From positions 82,646,001-82,710,000 of the forward strand of contig OZ024743.1 in NCBI GenBank assembly GCA_964016885.1: a stretch of DNA of 64,000 nucleotides, read 5' to 3'. A model generated the notes under the pieces. That model was given only the letters and a program-made list of their open reading frames with translations, was not told the DNA's origin and did no database searches. Below, piece by piece: positions 60,516-64,000 of this stretch. Source of the stretch: Eledone cirrhosa (taxonomy: Eukaryota). The position numbers and the translations under genes were made by a program. How positions within the stretch are numbered: position 1 is the first letter of the stretch; each line of letters begins with the position of its first letter.

Positions 60516-60810
60516 CCAATGATAATGGTTTTATTTTCCATAAAGACATCGGATGAAGGAGACTGGAAGTTTACATAGAAACGAGAAAATGGGTAACACA
60601 AGTTCAGCAAATTTAGGGGAAAGGAAAGTAGTTTACATCGACGGCACCAATATATAACTGTTATTTTGTTGGTTGATGTCGTCTAAGTTATCAAACATGT
60701 TATTTTCTCTTTTTCACTCACTTCCTCATCTCACAGTTCCTCTGTCTCTCTCACTCTCCCCATCTCGTACTTCCTCTGTCTCTCTCACTCTCCCCATCCC
60801 ACACTATTAT

Positions 60811-60968
60811 AGGGCGGTGGATTGGCTGTATCGGTAGAGGGTTGGACGCCATGCTTTGACGCATAGAGTTACGGCCCTTGCCATTCTGAGTTCAAATCCC
60901 GCCGATAAAAATAAGGTACCAGTAATGCACTGGGATAATTGCTGGCCTTGTGCCAAAAGTAAAAACAA
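60811..60968 (+). mobile_element. SINE type 2 with internal deletion
   Basis: GGCGGTGGATTGGC head, GAGTTCAAATCCCGCC and GGCCTTGTGCCAAAAGT tail. Confidence 0.8.
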
Positions 60969-61432
60969 TTATATAGAAATGGGAGCCTAGGCGCCGACCG
61001 CCCCGTGGCTTCGACCAACAGTGTTTCCCCGATTTTTGGAGAATTTACCCTTTTCGGCCTGAAGTGCAGCAGAGCCTGGATTAGTTGCAGACTGCACAAG
61101 GTTACCGCTGGAATGATGAAAGGCAAAGTTGACCGAAATAGGGTTTGAACTTCGGATGTAAGACTGGAAAAATACACAACACAAGAGAGTATTTTGTGTG
61201 ACGCTCTAACGATTCTGCCAATTCACGGCCATAATAACGACTGTAGTCCTAGAAAGCTTTGTGAATATGTGTGGGGCTCCCTGTAACTATAGAGTGTATA
61301 TATTGAAATGAAAGGGGCTACTGCACAGCTTTACGATTGCTTTGCTTATGTGTATATGTGTGTATACATATATATATATATATGTATGTATGTGTGTGTG
61401 TGTGCGTGCGTCTGCCAGTGTCTCAGTGTACT

Positions 61433-61513
<81 letters not shown>

Positions 61514-61514
61514 A

Positions 61515-61583
61515 TATGTGTGTGGCAGTGCCACAGTGTGTCCGTCTGTTAGTGCTTCGTTGTTTGTGTGTATATATATATAT

Positions 61584-61635
<52 letters not shown>

Positions 61636-61742
61636 GTCTCTTAGTGCTTCGTTGTTTGTGTGTATATATGTATATATGTGTGTGTGTGTGTGGCAGTGTC
61701 ACAGTGTGTGCGTCCGTCTCTTAGTGCTTCGTTGTTTGTGTG

Positions 61743-61774
<32 letters not shown>

Positions 61775-61860
61775 GCAGTGTCACAGTGTGTGTGTGTCCG
61801 TCTCTTAGTGCTTCGTTGTTTGTGTGTATATATATATGTGTGTGTGTGTGTGTGTGCATG
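61515..61860. repeat. About 80-bp GT-rich minisatellite (GGCAGTGTCACAGT..CCGTCTCTTAGTGCTTCGTTGTTTG)
   Basis: Four copies of TTAGTGCTTCGTTGTTTG. Confidence 0.85.
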
Positions 61861-62120
61861 TGCATTTACTGTGAATGCATCAGTGAATTAAAGATGAGAA
61901 ATCAAGAATCTAAGAAGGAAAATAATTAGGGAGGGAAAAGAGAGAGTGAGTGTGTCTGTGTGTGTGTGTGTGTGTAGTGGTGGTGGCGGGGAGTAACGTG
62001 AAGGCTTAGAAGATCTTGGTTAATAATTAGTGTTGAAAGGGTGTGAAGAGGTGGTGTGTAGGAGGGGGAGAATGAGAGGCGGAAAATATAGAAAATTAGA
62101 GATTTCCATTATACACACAC

Positions 62121-62159
<39 letters not shown>

Positions 62160-62248
62160 GTACAGAAATTATTGTGAGCAAGAAGCCAACAGTATTATAT
62201 ATATATGTATATATGACTTTTTCAATTTTCAACGGAAACTTCAATACT

Positions 62249-62275
<27 letters not shown>

Positions 62276-62279
<4 letters not shown>

Positions 62280-62453
62280 GGTAAGGAACCAGATGGACCA
62301 TAACGCACCAGAGTACTCAATACTTAGGGTAGTAGAGTTGGAAATAGGAAAAAGTATGACCCGACAGCAGAGCTCAAGCCGTTTCGACGGCTATTTCTGG
62401 ATTAGAAATGGCCGTCGAAACGGCTTGAGCTCTGCCGTCGGGGTCATACTTTT

Positions 62454-62457
<4 letters not shown>
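62276..62457 (-). mobile_element. Family A mini-element with inverted arm
   Basis: Palindrome centre TTTCTGGATTAGAAA; TA-flanked. Confidence 0.9.
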
Positions 62458-62510
<53 letters not shown>

Positions 62511-62756
62511 AAGTTATGGTATCATAACATATATAATATGTATGATGATTAGGTTTCTCAGTAGAAAAGCTCAATGGACGTTTGTCCAGTGCATCAATAC
62601 TCCAAATTAAAAGATATATAGAAGAGTAATATACCGTTAGGGAAACATAAAGCATACAATATTTAAGAAAGAGTACACAGTTTAAGGTGGAAAACTTAAA
62701 GTATGGACTTTCTCCTAAATATGTTTTTTATGTGTACAAAATACTGTATTTTTCTA

Positions 62757-62827
<71 letters not shown>

Positions 62828-62828
62828 T

Positions 62829-62936
62829 ACCCCTTGAGAAGCTCGGCTATTCAAATACCAGGATGAAAATTTTCATTTAGACCAGAATTAGCCGTCGAAA
62901 CGGCTTGAGCTCAGCCGTCGGGGTCCTACTCGTTCC
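62829..62936 (+). ncRNA. Family A: only copy spanning the whole (decayed) type I HHR
   Basis: ACCCC-TTGAGAA-gct-CGGCTATTC...GAATTAGCCG-tc-GAA-ACGGC-ttgagctca-GCCGT-C-GGGGT; stems I, II and III pair but the core is mutated. Confidence 0.6.
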
Positions 62937-62966
<30 letters not shown>

Positions 62967-62967
<1 letters not shown>

Positions 62968-63102
62968 AGGAGTTGACGGACCCAGCATATTTATCAATGC
63001 CAGGACCGGTTGTATCTCTCTCAGCGTACTCAATAGGTAATGTAGAATACATTCCCAGAGTATACACATAGTTATTCGCTTCAATACAACACACGTAAAA
63101 CG

Positions 63103-63105
<3 letters not shown>
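62967..63105 (-). mobile_element. Family J tail with extended hairpin
   Basis: Minus strand 63061-63026: ACTC-TGGG-AATGTA-ttc-TACATT-a-CCTA-TT-GAGTAC; TA-flanked. Confidence 0.7.
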
Positions 63106-63151
<46 letters not shown>

Positions 63152-64000
63152 CGAGAGAGAGAGAGAGAGAGAGAGAGTTAGAGTGAGAGAGAACCGGAAC
63201 TAATATCCCAGAGAATTTTCACGATTCCAAGTGAGACCAGCCAAGCTCAAGGATGTTATCCAGCCTTATAGGATGGGGTTTACCCTCGGGTGTCCTGTCG
63301 GTTGGTTTTTGCCCGTAAAATCTGTCCAGTTAGATCAATTAGAGACGGTTACTTCTGACAGGACCTGCTGGATAGCGTGATTGAGGACACCCAACCCCGA
63401 CCTGCTGGATAGCGTGCTTGAGGACCCCCTCCCCCACCAGAATAAGTGGACGATGAAGAAGATTTTCTAACGACTCTGTCAATCCATCACCCCTATTTCT
63501 TTCGGAAATTTCTGAACCTAATTGTCTTTCATCTAGATGTTTGGCAGAAACTCTTTCAAGTGTGTTGAAGAAAGCTTCACATGCAACTCATATACTGATA
63601 TCGTCGAATAATTACCCGTATGAATATTTAATTATTTTATACAATACTTAGTTTGAACAATGAACAAGATGTAGAATGGTGGACAAATTTATCTATATAT
63701 ATTATACATACTCACCTTCTTCATTCTATCAAGCTGAAACATGCTACCGGGACGAGGCGTGTGGCCTAGTGGTTAATGTGTTTGGCTCACGATCATAACT
63801 TCTTGAGCAAGGGGCTTGATTTAACGTTGCTTTTCCTGATAGGACTGAGCACCTTATCTTTAAAACACACTAGAAACATACTAGAAGATACAACCTCGAA
63901 GGAAGTCCGCTGAAACTACGTAGGTGGGAACTATAACAACTGCATGATATGACTAGGATCCCCTATAATTCAGACACCCTGGAAAGTTGCCGTGTAGGAA

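Overview
AT-rich, microsatellite-saturated eukaryotic non-coding DNA. The SINE/MITE repertoire resembles Octopus-type cephalopod DNA (inference). I find no intact host gene; nearly all ORF-track entries are (TA)n/(CA)n artefacts. The only protein relics are a Penelope-like (PLE) GIY-YIG endonuclease C-terminus (41952-42300, -) and a decayed Tc1 transposase N-terminus (about 25615-25870, +). The main signal is at least 8 sequence-divergent families (30+ copies) of 100-650 bp non-coding elements inserted in (TA)n. On one strand they share an order: type I hammerhead ribozyme (HHR), AU-rich linker, conserved bulged hairpin ACUC-[variable stem-loop]-U(U/C)-GAGU(A/G)C, family-specific tail, (TA)n. 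Many copies have a fold-back inversion centred inside or at the edge of the ribozyme. Several HHRs have intact cores (19397-19461, 19553-19617, 20237-20302, 28096-28150, 47976-48024, 48026-48074, 53057-53101, 55710-55762, 59547-59611). I interpret these as PLE pseudo-LTR-derived or retrozyme-like mini-elements with a shared candidate cis-recognition hairpin. Also present are tRNA-derived SINEs, pogo/Tigger-like and piggyBac-like MITEs, a 28-bp satellite with higher-order structure, and many (TA)n-centred fold-back duplications. All structures were paired by eye, family letters are my own labels, and element boundaries are approximate.
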